Assembly: GCA_031414535.1 (NCBI GenBank) | Contig: JANNVQ010000014.1 | Span: 96,001 to 160,000 of the forward strand | Length of the DNA stretch: 64,000 bases | Origin: Gemmatimonas sp. | GTDB lineage: Bacteria; Gemmatimonadota; Gemmatimonadetes; Gemmatimonadales; Gemmatimonadaceae | Direction of reading: 5' to 3' | In this document: piece after piece, positions 1-9,870 of the stretch | Position numbering within the stretch: position 1 is the first letter of the stretch | Layout: each line of letters begins with the position of its first letter | Translations under genes and position numbers: made by a program | The notes under the pieces: model-generated | Database searches by the model: none | The model's input: only the letters and a program-made list of their open reading frames with translations | What the model was told of the DNA's origin: nothing

Positions 1-104
1 TGCACGGTACCCTGCGCCAAAAGGCCACGCGGAGCTGCCCCGAGCGCGACAGCAAATGAGAGAAACGCAATGCTGAGGCAACGAGGACGAGTGCGCGAGA
101 ACAT
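1..104 (-). CDS. Partial CDS (5' end only), secreted protein, probably the next gene of the starch-utilisation locus
   Basis: ATG at 104 overlaps the amylase stop (TGATG). Reads MFSRTRPRCLSIAFLSFAVALGAAPRGLLAQGTV, a signal-peptide-like sequence, open to the window edge. Confidence 0.6.
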   Translation of the reverse strand, partial: MFSRTRPRCLSIAFLSFAVALGAAPRGLLAQGTV

Positions 105-1651
105 CAGGGACTGTCTCCGACGAGTAGGACCAGCGCCGAGCGAGCCGGCAATGAGAGCGTGACGCTTCCGTTGGCTGCCACCGTGTGCGTGCTGCCTGCG
201 CAGCTGCCACCAACGCGGCCGCCACTGAGTAAATCACAGTAGTTGCCTGCTGGCAACGCGGTGGGAATGGTGGCGTTCACCACGCTCGTCGCATTGTTGA
301 TGGCGACGAAGCCGAGAGCGCCCCGCGAGAATGCGACGGCATGTTGGCCGTCGTTCCAGGTCTGCGTCTGGGCAGTGCCATTCACCGCAATCCGGAAGCG
401 AAGCATCTGACGCAACCACGGATCACGATGCTCGCAGGCCCAGACGCCGACCGGCGCCGTGGCTGGATCGGCGGTGCACACCTGACCGGTGGTGGCGCCG
501 CCCCCGCCCACCGGGGGGCCAGCGTCGCGCCCAGCCTGAGAACTTGGCTCAAACGTGAACCCCGACATCACCATCGGATACCCGTAGGGCTGCGCGAGAA
601 GAAATACGTTGGCGATACGCGCCATCGGGCCATCCGACCAACGGAGGCCACCCGAGCGCTGGGTGTCGTGGTTCTGGAGGAAGATCATGCCTTTGTTGGA
701 CGGCATCAATCCCCAAGAGCCTTCACCGAAGGTGGCGAGTTCACTCACGCGCTGGCCGCCGACGCCGAGAAACTTGTTGTTGATGCCGGTTGCCTTGAAC
801 TCCGAAATGTCCGCGCCGCCACCGCTCGCGAAGCCAAGTCCGTAGTAGTCGCTACGTGAGACCGCCTCGCCGCCGTAGTCAATGACTTCGAGGAAGAAGT
901 AGGGACGCGGAAGTGCTTCGGCGACGAGCGTGCGGTTTACGAGGGTGACGATGGAATCCAGCTCCACCGGTTGGATGTGCTTGGCTGCGTCAATGCGGAA
1001 GCCGGCGACTCCAAGGCGCGACAGACTCAGGAGATAGTCAGCAATCTTTTGCTGAACTGATCGAGAGCCCGTGCGAAGGTCTGAAAGACCAACCAGTTCG
1101 CAGTCCTGCACCTGCACCACATTACTCCAGTTCTCGATCCCGCAGGGCGTATGGAAGTCTGCAGCCGTGTAGAGTCCGGGATACGAGTACTTGGTGAAGA
1201 CCGTGCCGTTGGTTCCGGTCCCGCTGGTGGCCGTCATATGATTGATGACGGCATCCACATAGATGTCCACGCCAGCCGTCGCGCAGCGACTCACCATATC
1301 GGTGAACTGCGCACGCGTACCGGAGCGGGACTGGGCAATGCTATAGCTCACAGGTTGGTAGCGCGTCCACCAGGTGCCACCGGCGATGTGCTCCTGCGGG
1401 GGCGACACCAAGGCCGCGTGATAACCCATCGGACCGAGCTGCAATTCGCACTCGCGTGCCACGTCCGTCCACGACCAATCAAACAGCTGTACCGCAACCG
1501 CTCCACTGGCTGCAAGCCCAGTCGGCGTATAGGTCTGTGGCAGGGTCGGCCGCGGGGGGATCACAGGGTTTATGCCAGTCCCGAGTGGAGTTTTCTCGGT
1601 GCAGGCAAGCAAGAATACCGTGAGGATGAGCAGCGTACGAAAGCGGGCCAT
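104..1651 (-). CDS. Alpha-amylase, GH13 (animal/actinobacterial-like), lipoprotein
   Basis: GH13 conserved regions DAVINH, GFRIDAAKH, EVID and FLQNHD, plus C-terminal AFSRG and GNYCD. Lipobox LLAC follows the ATG at 1651 (the ORF track starts further upstream at 1723). Confidence 0.9.
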   Translation of the reverse strand: MARFRTLLILTVFLLACTEKTPLGTGINPVIPPRPTLPQTYTPTGLAASGAVAVQLFDWSWTDVARECELQLGPMGYHAALVSPPQEHIAGGTWWTRYQPVSYSIAQSRSGTRAQFTDMVSRCATAGVDIYVDAVINHMTATSGTGTNGTVFTKYSYPGLYTAADFHTPCGIENWSNVVQVQDCELVGLSDLRTGSRSVQQKIADYLLSLSRLGVAGFRIDAAKHIQPVELDSIVTLVNRTLVAEALPRPYFFLEVIDYGGEAVSRSDYYGLGFASGGGADISEFKATGINNKFLGVGGQRVSELATFGEGSWGLMPSNKGMIFLQNHDTQRSGGLRWSDGPMARIANVFLLAQPYGYPMVMSGFTFEPSSQAGRDAGPPVGGGGATTGQVCTADPATAPVGVWACEHRDPWLRQMLRFRIAVNGTAQTQTWNDGQHAVAFSRGALGFVAINNATSVVNATIPTALPAGNYCDLLSGGRVGGSCAGSTHTVAANGSVTLSLPARSALVLLVGDSP

Positions 1652-1670
1652 GCGCAGTCTGGAAAAAGCG

Positions 1671-1712
1671 ACACGCGCCCGGCCCGAGACTGTCTCGGGC
1701 CCGAGCGCGTGT
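1671..1712 (-). terminator. GC-rich hairpin between susD and the amylase (terminator, attenuator or mRNA stabiliser)
   Basis: Perfect inverted repeat GGCCCGAGAC-T-GTCTCGGGCC (1681-1701), flanked by ACACGCGC/GCGCGTGT. No clear U-tract. Confidence 0.45.
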
Positions 1713-1733
1713 GCTAGGGACAATGGTGCCGGC

Positions 1734-3314
1734 TTAGTAGCCGGTGTTCTGCGTCAGCTTGCGGTTCGCGATCAACTCGCTCGCCGGCAGCGGGTAGAGC
1801 GCGCGGAAGGCAGCCGTGGTGGCACCAGCCGCCACGTCACCCTTGAAGGTCCAGATCTTGGTCGCGCCAGTGAAAAGACCGAAGCGAATCAGGTCTTGGC
1901 GGCGATGACCTTCCATGTACAGCTCACGCGCACGCTCGTCGAGGACGAAGGCGAGCGTCAACTGCGGTGCCGTGATATTGCCTGTGGCGTTGCCGTAGGC
2001 ACGCTGGCGCAAGGCGTTGACATAGGTAAGCGCCTGCGCCGCCGTGCCACCACCGCCACGCAAATTGAGCTCGGCGTACATCAGGTACACGTCACCGAGG
2101 CGGAACATTGGCACGTCGGTATCCACGAACTCCTGGTCGGACCCAGCCGCGCCACCCGTGGTGCGGTTGGTGTACTTCGGAGCCGCAGTACCCTGCTGAA
2201 AGTCCTGCATGTTGGTGATGTTCGGCTGATTCATGTTAGCCCAGAACACGGCACGAGCATCCACCGCACCGGCACCAATGCTCGGGAACAGCGCGCGCGT
2301 CTCAGGACGCATGCGCAGGCCCCACCACGCGAAGTTCAGACCGAAATCGCCAGCGTTGAGCGGACCGCCCACATTGGCGTGCGCCAAAAACGTCGTACCG
2401 CCGTAGTTGCGCATCCGCATACCGTCCTGCGGAATGGCGAAGATGAGCTCGGGCGAGTTCTGGTTGTCGGCTGAGAACATGCGGCGGTAGTTCGCGTCAA
2501 GCGAGTAGGCACCGCTGGCAATGATGCTCTGCACTTCCGTCATCGCGGCCGTGTAGTTCGGCGTTCCGACGTAGGTACCGGCATTCATGTACACCTTCGC
2601 GAGAATCATCGCGATGGTGCCCTGATCGAAGCGGCCGTACTCCGCCGCGCCGATGGCCGGCAGGTCAGGACGCACAGCAATCAGTTCGCTGACGATGAAG
2701 TCATAGATCTGCTGCTTGGTCGCCTGGGCCGGCGCCTCGGACACCGAGGTGTTCTCGGTCACGAGCGGAACGGCGCCAAAGAGATCGAGCGCATGCCAGT
2801 AGCTGAGCGCACGCAGGGCACGAGCTTCCGCCCGGTACTGCGCAATCTCAGGACGGGTGCCCGCAGGCACGCCGCGCTGGTCGAGCTTGGACGTCGTGGT
2901 CTCACGCAACAGCACGTTGGCCATTGCGACCTGGAAGAACGCGCGGTAGTACATCGCGCCCAGGAAAGGGTTGGACGAAGACCAGAGCTGCGTGTTCAAC
3001 TCGGTAAGGGCTTGGTCGCCCCACGCGATGATGGCGTCGTCGGTTGGCAGCGTCTGCATCTGCCAGTAGAGGCGCCAGTACTGCGAGAAACCTTCGTCAA
3101 TGCCGGCGATGTCGGGATCGCCGCAGCAGCCTTGCTGGCCGGTGACGGCGAGACCCGCGTACACCTTGGCAATGAGCGAACGGTAGGCCGCAACCTCGGT
3201 AAAGACGGTCTCGGAGTTGATCGTGGACTTCGGGGACAGCGTGAGATCGGTGCACGCCGAGCCCACGAAGAGCGCGACGACTGCAGCCAGCGTACTACGA
3301 ATGATGCGCTTCAT
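1734..3314 (-). CDS. susD: RagB/SusD-family nutrient-binding outer-membrane lipoprotein (starch SusD-like)
   Basis: Lipobox GSAC; motifs AEARALRALSYW, FRLGDVYLMYAE, ERARELYMEGHRRQDLIRFG and terminal QNTGY. Lies directly downstream of susC. Confidence 0.92.
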   Translation of the reverse strand: MKRIIRSTLAAVVALFVGSACTDLTLSPKSTINSETVFTEVAAYRSLIAKVYAGLAVTGQQGCCGDPDIAGIDEGFSQYWRLYWQMQTLPTDDAIIAWGDQALTELNTQLWSSSNPFLGAMYYRAFFQVAMANVLLRETTTSKLDQRGVPAGTRPEIAQYRAEARALRALSYWHALDLFGAVPLVTENTSVSEAPAQATKQQIYDFIVSELIAVRPDLPAIGAAEYGRFDQGTIAMILAKVYMNAGTYVGTPNYTAAMTEVQSIIASGAYSLDANYRRMFSADNQNSPELIFAIPQDGMRMRNYGGTTFLAHANVGGPLNAGDFGLNFAWWGLRMRPETRALFPSIGAGAVDARAVFWANMNQPNITNMQDFQQGTAAPKYTNRTTGGAAGSDQEFVDTDVPMFRLGDVYLMYAELNLRGGGGTAAQALTYVNALRQRAYGNATGNITAPQLTLAFVLDERARELYMEGHRRQDLIRFGLFTGATKIWTFKGDVAAGATTAAFRALYPLPASELIANRKLTQNTGY

Positions 3315-3335
3315 GAGTTCGTGGGGGTGAGAGGA

Positions 3336-6308
3336 TTAGAACGCGAGGCTCAACCCAGCGGTCACAGTGCGCGACAGCGGGAAGAGGTTGTTGTCGATAC
3401 CGTTCACGCCGGCGAGCGGATCCACGCCGGAGTAGCCGGAGAAGGTGAACACGTTCTGCATGGCGCCAAAGACGCGCACCGAGCGCGCACCCATCAGGCG
3501 GTCGAACGTGTACGCCGCGGAAATGTTGTCGAGGCGCAAGAAGGACGCATCCTCAACGTAGTAGTCCGAGAAGTACTGCGGGTTCACGAAGCCAGTCTCG
3601 AGTACCGAGGCGTGACGATTGCCCGGGGCATTGGTCTGCGTGAGGCCAGAGAAGTGGCCGAGGTTGGAGGCCACGTTGTTGTAGACGTGGTTGCCCAAGT
3701 ACGCACGAGCCGTGGCCGAGAACTCCCAGTTGCCGTAGCTGGCCGTGGAGGTGTGACCGATGATCAGGCGCGGGGCGGGATCCTTGTAGGCCCGCAGGTC
3801 GTCCTGGTTGATGATGCCGTCGGCGTTCTGGTCCACGTAGCGATCGAGATCCGTCGGACCGTTGACCGGCTGGCCATTGGCACCCTTGATGTGCTCGTAC
3901 ACGAAGAACGAGTTGAGCGCCGAACCCGGCTGCAGCACCTGGATGCGGCTACCGACGCCGCCCGCGATGCCGCCCGTAAGAATCCGGTCAGTCTCGGCGG
4001 CCGAGATCGACGTGATCTCGTTCCGGTTGGTAGAGATGGCGAAGCCGGCGTCATAACCCCAGCCGCCGTTGCGCCCTTCGAGCACCAACCACGAGAGCGA
4101 GAGTTCCACACCACTGTTCTTCATCGAGCCGATGTTGGTCGTCACGAAGTTGCCGGTGGTGGTGCCGGCAGGAACCGGGACCGAGAAGATCAGGTCGTCG
4201 GTTTCCTTGTTATAGATGTCGAGCGCGCCGGTCAGGCGATCATTGAAGAACCCGAAATCGAGACCGACGTTGTTGGCCGTGGTGCGCTCCCACTTGATGT
4301 TGGGATCAACCGCGCTCGGACGAAGCGTGCTCACGAACTGGTTGCCGAACTGGTAGGTGGCCTGTGCGCCGCCCGGGGTGTAGGTGGGCACGTACAGGTA
4401 GTTGCCAAACGATTGATTACCGTTCACGCCCCACGAGTAGCGGAGCTTGAGGTCCGAGATGTTGCGCGTGGACGGGAACCAGTTCTCGTCACGAATGCGC
4501 CAGCCAGCCGCGAATGAGGGGAAGGTGCCCCACTGATTGTCGGGGCCGAAGCGCGACGAACCGTCACGACGTAAGCTGACCGTGGCGTAGTAGCGCTCAC
4601 GGAAGGTCCAGTTGGCGCGGGCGAAGAACGAGATGAGGCGGGACTCCTCAACCGACAACGACGGGCGGGTCTCGCCGGCCAGCGGAATGCCGTTCGGTCC
4701 GAGCAGGTCCGTCGACAGGTCCTCGGCGAAGAACGAGGCATAGTCACCATTCTGCTCTTCGAAGGTGTAACCGGAAGTCAGGTCGAGGCGGCTCTCGAGG
4801 CTGGCGAACTGCCTGTTGAAGTTACCGAACACTTCCAGCAAGGTATTCACCTGACGCGGCGTGTTGCGATCGAGGCGGCCAGTGCGGCCCGTCTCGATGT
4901 CACCCTGCGCCGTGCTCGGAGAGAACGACGTACGCGACGAGGTGGCGTAGTCATAACCGGAGCGCAGTGTGCCGGTGAGCCCTTCAATCTGGCGGAAGTA
5001 CCACTTGGCTTCGATGTTGCCGACGCTACGGAAGGTGCTGCCTTCGTCGGACAACAACGCCAGGTCGGACAAGGGGTTGTTCGGTCCGAGCGGATTCGTG
5101 TACTGGAAGTAGCTGCCCGCAGTGAGCGGCGCCTGAGTCGGGTCCATCGAGACCGCATTGCCGAGCGTACCGCCAGGCGAGTACAGGTCGGAGTTGCGCG
5201 TGCCCTTGAAGTTGGCGCTCAGTTCGAGACGGTCATCGAGTAGCACGTCGCGATAGCTGGCCGAACCGGAGACGCGCTGAGTGTTGGTTCCTGCCAGAAT
5301 GCCATCCTGATTGAGCAGGCCGAGCGACAGGCGGTAGCGCATGTCTTCCTTGGCACCCGAGGCGGCGAAGTTATGCTCCGCACCGCCCGCCGTGCGCGTC
5401 ACGAGATCGAGCCAATTCGTGTTCGCGCTGCCGAGGGTTCCCACGTTGGCCGGTGCATTGGCCGTCACTGCAGCGCGGAACTGATCTGCCGTCAGGAGGT
5501 CTGGACGGTTGGCGATGCTCGAAGACGAGAAACTATTGGAGTACGTGAAGGCCGGCTCCGTGGAGGAACCCGACTTCGTCGTAATGAGCACCACGCCATT
5601 CGCGCCGCGCGAGCCGTAGATGGCCGTCGCCGATGCGTCGCGGAGCACCGTCACTTCCTTAATATCGTTCGGGTTCAGGAAGTTGAGCGGGTTACGGCCG
5701 GAGGAGAGGCCGCCACCGACGTTGAGCGGCACACCGTCAATGACGAAGAGCGGCTCGTTGGAAGCATTTACAGAGGTACCGCCGCGGATGCGGATGGAGA
5801 TACCGCCGCCCGGCTCGTTGTTATCGATAACCTGAACACCCGGCACCTTCGCCGTGATGAGCTGTTCGGCGCTGACCACGCGGCCGACGTTGAACTTGTC
5901 GGGGGTGATGGCCGCCACGGTGCCGGTCGCATTGCGCACATCCTGCGTGCCGTAACCGATCACCGTCACGCCCAAAACCTGCAGCGCGGTCGTGCGGAGC
6001 CGGAAGCTGAGCGTAACCGTCGCGCCTTCGGCGACAACGACGTTTGCGGCCGAATCCGGCGCGTAGCCGAGCCGGCGCACGACCACGGTGTAAGTGCCGG
6101 CGTCCACAGGCACGGAGAAGCGACCGTCGTCGCGCGTCTGCCCGACACGACGAACCCCGGTGCCGCGGACTTCAACTTCCGCCGCGACAATCGGGGTTCC
6201 GCCTTCCGCCGCGAACACGGTACCGACGATTCGAGAAGAAGATTGTGCGAGCGCAGGTTCGCTCGCACAGAGCACTGCGATCAGCGCAAAGACGCCGTAC
6301 CGCTTCAT
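3336..6308 (-). CDS. susC: SusC/RagA-family TonB-dependent receptor
   Basis: Signal peptide, carboxypeptidase-regulatory-like N domain, plug motifs PLFVIDG and LRDASATAIYGSRGANGVVLITTK, barrel motifs RRDGSSRFG and EDASFLRLDNI, terminal Phe. ATG at 6308 has GGAG upstream. Confidence 0.93.
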   Translation of the reverse strand: MKRYGVFALIAVLCASEPALAQSSSRIVGTVFAAEGGTPIVAAEVEVRGTGVRRVGQTRDDGRFSVPVDAGTYTVVVRRLGYAPDSAANVVVAEGATVTLSFRLRTTALQVLGVTVIGYGTQDVRNATGTVAAITPDKFNVGRVVSAEQLITAKVPGVQVIDNNEPGGGISIRIRGGTSVNASNEPLFVIDGVPLNVGGGLSSGRNPLNFLNPNDIKEVTVLRDASATAIYGSRGANGVVLITTKSGSSTEPAFTYSNSFSSSSIANRPDLLTADQFRAAVTANAPANVGTLGSANTNWLDLVTRTAGGAEHNFAASGAKEDMRYRLSLGLLNQDGILAGTNTQRVSGSASYRDVLLDDRLELSANFKGTRNSDLYSPGGTLGNAVSMDPTQAPLTAGSYFQYTNPLGPNNPLSDLALLSDEGSTFRSVGNIEAKWYFRQIEGLTGTLRSGYDYATSSRTSFSPSTAQGDIETGRTGRLDRNTPRQVNTLLEVFGNFNRQFASLESRLDLTSGYTFEEQNGDYASFFAEDLSTDLLGPNGIPLAGETRPSLSVEESRLISFFARANWTFRERYYATVSLRRDGSSRFGPDNQWGTFPSFAAGWRIRDENWFPSTRNISDLKLRYSWGVNGNQSFGNYLYVPTYTPGGAQATYQFGNQFVSTLRPSAVDPNIKWERTTANNVGLDFGFFNDRLTGALDIYNKETDDLIFSVPVPAGTTTGNFVTTNIGSMKNSGVELSLSWLVLEGRNGGWGYDAGFAISTNRNEITSISAAETDRILTGGIAGGVGSRIQVLQPGSALNSFFVYEHIKGANGQPVNGPTDLDRYVDQNADGIINQDDLRAYKDPAPRLIIGHTSTASYGNWEFSATARAYLGNHVYNNVASNLGHFSGLTQTNAPGNRHASVLETGFVNPQYFSDYYVEDASFLRLDNISAAYTFDRLMGARSVRVFGAMQNVFTFSGYSGVDPLAGVNGIDNNLFPLSRTVTAGLSLAF

Positions 6309-6395
6309 ACTTGCCACTCCGCTTTAGACTGGTGGGAAGGTGCACTCTTCCACCACCGCACGGAGATGCGCGGAGCGAGACGAGGCGCCTGTTAG

Positions 6396-6424
6396 AAGCT
6401 TCAGCCAAACGCACGTCCTGTCAA
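6396..6424 (-). promoter_or_regulatory. Candidate sigma-70 promoter for susC
   Basis: Minus strand TTGACA-17 nt-AAGCTT in the mch/susC gap. The -35 is perfect and the -10 is weak. Confidence 0.3.
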
Positions 6425-6476
6425 TATGTCGTAACGAAGTCTCGCTCGTGCTGCTTCAAAACAGGACGCGCGAGTC

Positions 6477-7583
6477 CTATCGGGACGCCGGCCGTGCCCC
6501 GATCGCCCGACGCCGCGGAATCAGCACCCAATAGTCGAACTCCAACACGACGCTCGGGTCGTACTGCCCTTGGTCAGTCTTGTAAGGAAAGGTGGACGCA
6601 GTCCTATCCTTTGTGGCCACACTTCGTACGCGCAACGCGCCCACATCAGCGCGCCCAGGCAACTCGGCGACCTCAAGAATCTCCGACCAGGCGTAGATGG
6701 TGTCGCCGGCGAAGCTGGGGTTCACGTGCCGTCCACCATTGATGCCCACCACGGTAAAGGCGTTCCCGAGCCCACTGAAGCTCAGGGCACGGGCCAGCGA
6801 AATGAGGTGCCCGCCGTACACAATCCGGCGCCCAAACCGGCCCTCGCGCTCGACGTGCAGATTGAAATGGACCTTGGCCGTGTTTTGAAACAGACGCGCG
6901 GCGCCCATATGATCGGCGTCCTCAATGGTCATCGCGTCCACGTGATCAATGCGTTCACCCACCGCATAATCTTCCCAAGCAAACGCCGAGCCCGCGAGCT
7001 CCGCGTCGTACGCACCATCGGCAATCGCGAATGGCGCGTGCAGGGTCTCGGGTGCCACTTGCTCGGGCAGCACCGGAATCACGTCCAATGGAGCCGGTGA
7101 GGCCGCGTCACGCTTACGCACCATAGCCCAGCGCGTGTACTCGCAGACCATATCGCCGCGCTGGTTCTCACCGCGCGAGCGCACCCAGACCACACCGGTC
7201 TGCCCATCCTTGTTGGCCTTCACGCCCAGCACGGTCGAGGTCGTACGGATGGTATCTCCCGGGTACACCGGGACGCCAAAGCGGCCATCGGCGTAGCCGA
7301 GGTTGGCGATGGCGTTGAGCGAGACATCGGGAACGGTTTTTCCGAACACGATATGAAACACGAGTATCGAGTCGAGTGGAGCGCGCGGGCATCCGACGCT
7401 CGCCGCAAACGGCGACGACGAGTTGACCGCGAAGCGCGAACCAAACAGCGACTGATACACAGCCACATCTCCGTCCGTCACCGTGCGCGGCGTGGCGTGC
7501 ACGATGACCTGCCCCGGCGTGAAATCCTCGAAGAAGTTGCCCGCCTGCATCTTCGTCACGGCCTTGTTCACAGTCTTACTCAC
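6477..7583 (-). CDS. mch: Mesaconyl-C1-CoA hydratase / beta-methylmalyl-CoA dehydratase (double MaoC)
   Basis: GNFFEDF...[28 protein letters not shown] and QNTAKVHFN...RRIVYGGH match Mch as I recall it. GTG at 7583 overlaps the mcl stop (GTGA). Confidence 0.9.
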   Translation of the reverse strand: MSKTVNKAVTKMQAGNFFEDFTPGQVIVHATPRTVTDGDVAVYQSLFGSRFAVNSSSPFAASVGCPRAPLDSILVFHIVFGKTVPDVSLNAIANLGYADGRFGVPVYPGDTIRTTSTVLGVKANKDGQTGVVWVRSRGENQRGDMVCEYTRWAMVRKRDAASPAPLDVIPVLPEQVAPETLHAPFAIADGAYDAELAGSAFAWEDYAVGERIDHVDAMTIEDADHMGAARLFQNTAKVHFNLHVEREGRFGRRIVYGGHLISLARALSFSGLGNAFTVVGINGGRHVNPSFAGDTIYAWSEILEVAELPGRADVGALRVRSVATKDRTASTFPYKTDQGQYDPSVVLEFDYWVLIPRRRAIGARPASR

Positions 7584-8623
7584 AGCTCGTAGGCCGCGGC
7601 GAGGTCCGGATCCTTCTTGGCCACAAGGCGCGCGAGATCCACCATCACCTTGGCCTGTTTCCAAGTCGCGTCATCCTGCATCTTGCCGTCAATCATCGCC
7701 ACGCCAGAGCCATCCGGCATGGCGTCGAGAATGCGCTTGGCAAACTTCACCTCGCTCACATCAGGGCTGAACACGCGCCGAGCGATCGCGATCTGATTGG
7801 GCGCCAGCGACCAGGCACCCGTGCATCCCATAATGAAGGCGTTCCGGAACTGCGATTCGCAGCCGGCCTCGTCCTTGAGGTCCCCGAAAGGCCCATAGAA
7901 GGCCCGCATACCATATGATTGGCAGGCGTCCACCATCCGAGCCACGGTGTAGTGCCAAAGATCTTGCTGCACAAAAGCACGGGCACTGCCATCGGCGTTG
8001 GGGTCGCCCAGCACTCCATAGAAGGGATGCCCACCGCCAACACGCGTGGTCTTCATCCCGCGCGACGCGGCGAGGTCGGCGGGGCCGAGCGAAAGCCCGT
8101 GCATGCGCGGACTCGCCCCACAAATCTGCTCCACGTTCTTCACCCCTTCGGCGGTCTCGAGCAAAGCGTGAATCAAGATAGGCCGCGTGAGCTTGTACTT
8201 GGCCTCAAGCAGCGCGAGCATTTGGTCCACGAAGTGTATGTCCCAGGGTCCTTCAACCTTGGGAATCATCACGACGTCGAGCTTGTGGCCCGCTTGGCCT
8301 ACAATCTGCTCGAGGTCATCGAGGATCCACGGTGAGTTGAGGCAGTTGACGCGCACCCACAGCGCCGTGCCGCCAAAGTCGTGCTCCAGCGCGGCGGCAA
8401 TGAATCCAGCCCGCGCCGCCGCCTTGTCCTCTACCGGAATGGCGTCCTCGAGGTTGCCGCAGAGCACATCACACTGCTTGGCGAGCTCGGGCAGCTTGGC
8501 GCGGATCTTCTCAAGATGCGGCGGAAAGAAGTGAATCATCCGCTCGGGCCGTACCGGCAAACTCCGCAGCGGTGCCGGCGCGCCGATGGCGAGTGGCTTA
8601 TAGAAATTGTTGGGTAGCTTCAC
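7580..8623 (-). CDS. mcl: Malyl-CoA / beta-methylmalyl-CoA / citramalyl-CoA lyase (Chloroflexus-type Mcl, CitE family)
   Basis: [42 protein letters not shown] and [11 protein letters not shown], as I recall from the Chloroflexus aurantiacus enzyme. GGAGAG ribosome-binding site upstream. Confidence 0.92.
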   Translation of the reverse strand: MKLPNNFYKPLAIGAPAPLRSLPVRPERMIHFFPPHLEKIRAKLPELAKQCDVLCGNLEDAIPVEDKAAARAGFIAAALEHDFGGTALWVRVNCLNSPWILDDLEQIVGQAGHKLDVVMIPKVEGPWDIHFVDQMLALLEAKYKLTRPILIHALLETAEGVKNVEQICGASPRMHGLSLGPADLAASRGMKTTRVGGGHPFYGVLGDPNADGSARAFVQQDLWHYTVARMVDACQSYGMRAFYGPFGDLKDEAGCESQFRNAFIMGCTGAWSLAPNQIAIARRVFSPDVSEVKFAKRILDAMPDGSGVAMIDGKMQDDATWKQAKVMVDLARLVAKKDPDLAAAYEL

Positions 8624-8644
8624 GTAGTGGCTCTCCAGATTGGA

Positions 8645-9868
8645 TCAGGGGGTGGGGCCGGCAACGACTCCATCGTCGTGCAAAATGCCGAGCTCGGCTT
8701 CACTCAGGCCAGCGATGGTCAGCAGAATTTCATCCGTATGCTCGCCGAGCTTGGGCGCGGCAACAGCGTCCGCGACTGGTTCAGCGCTAAAGCGCAGCGG
8801 TGACTTCGGCGCCGGATACTCGCGTTGTCCGTGTGCACCCAGTGTGGTGAACAAGCCAGCGCCGGGCTGGCAGTCGGGATCTTCGTGCAAGGCTTCACTC
8901 AGGCTCCGATACGGCCCCCATGCCACGCGATGGGCCGTGAGCGCGGACGCCACCTCACTGTATGCTCGTAGCGCAAACCACGGCGCCAGCATCTGCGTGA
9001 TCTCTTCGCGCGCATGAAAGCGCTCGCCCTCATCCGCGAGATTTCGGCCCAGCTTGCTTGTGAGCACTTCGACTTCACTGGCCGTGCTCGTGGCCTTCAC
9101 GATGGCGTTCCACTGGCCATCAGTGAGTCCTACAATCATCACGCGCCGTCCATCCGCCGTGAGGAAGTCCTTGCCGTAGGCGCCATACAAATAGTTTCCG
9201 TAGCGCTCGCGGTCCTGGCGATGCAACACCGACTCGGCGATGAAGCCAAGGTTGCCAAGCATCGCCAGCCCAACATCCTTGAGCGCGAGCTCCACCAGCT
9301 GCCCTGCTCCAGTACGCGAGCGCTTCCGTTCAGCGGCGAGCATCGCGATCGCAATTTGGTGTCCAGCAATCGCATCCCAAGCGGGGAACACGTGATTCAC
9401 CGGCGTTGGGTCGTCCACGGGGCCCGTGAAGTCGGGCACGCCAATCTGCGGGTTTACCGTGTAATCGACTTCGCTCGTCCCATCTCGTCGGCCGCTGAGC
9501 ACGACCATGATGAGGTCCTGGCGATGCGCGCGCAGCGATTCGTACGAGAGCCAGCCTTTGGGCGGAAAGTTGGTGGAGAAGATGCCCGCATCCGCGCCCG
9601 GCGCCGTAATCACGCGTGTGAGCAATTCCTGCCCGCGCGGTGAGCGAAGGTCCACCACGATGGAACGCTTCCCCTTGTTCAATCCATCCCAGAAGAGCGA
9701 GCGCGAGCCGTCTGGCGTCAGCGGCCAACGGCGAGCGTCGAGCCCACCACCAATTTGGTCAAACCGAATGACGTCGGCGCCGAGCTGAGCGAGCGTCATG
9801 CCGCCGAGCGGTGCAGCGACGAACGCCGAGCCTTCCACCACCCTCATACCTGCGAGTATGCCAGCCAC
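8645..9868 (-). CDS. mct: Mesaconyl-CoA C1-C4 CoA transferase (class III)
   Basis: VVEGSAFVAAPLGGMTLAQLGADVIRFD, SEVDYTVNP, PAWD (catalytic Asp) and GNYLYGA are Mct signature segments. Confidence 0.9.
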   Translation of the reverse strand: MAGILAGMRVVEGSAFVAAPLGGMTLAQLGADVIRFDQIGGGLDARRWPLTPDGSRSLFWDGLNKGKRSIVVDLRSPRGQELLTRVITAPGADAGIFSTNFPPKGWLSYESLRAHRQDLIMVVLSGRRDGTSEVDYTVNPQIGVPDFTGPVDDPTPVNHVFPAWDAIAGHQIAIAMLAAERKRSRTGAGQLVELALKDVGLAMLGNLGFIAESVLHRQDRERYGNYLYGAYGKDFLTADGRRVMIVGLTDGQWNAIVKATSTASEVEVLTSKLGRNLADEGERFHAREEITQMLAPWFALRAYSEVASALTAHRVAWGPYRSLSEALHEDPDCQPGAGLFTTLGAHGQREYPAPKSPLRFSAEPVADAVAAPKLGEHTDEILLTIAGLSEAELGILHDDGVVAGPTP

Positions 9869-9870
9869 GT

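Noticed and set aside
2793..4517. 574-aa plus-strand ORF (similar cases at 15760-17052, 20440-21561 and 48845-50338)
   Set aside because: Each lies antisense to a well-supported gene and has low-information Arg/Gly/Val-rich composition.
6477..8623. Ethylmalonyl-CoA pathway interpretation of mch and mcl
   Set aside because: No ccr, ecm or mcd in the window. Mcl is Chloroflexus-type and is accompanied by mct, meh, smtAB, mcr and pcs.
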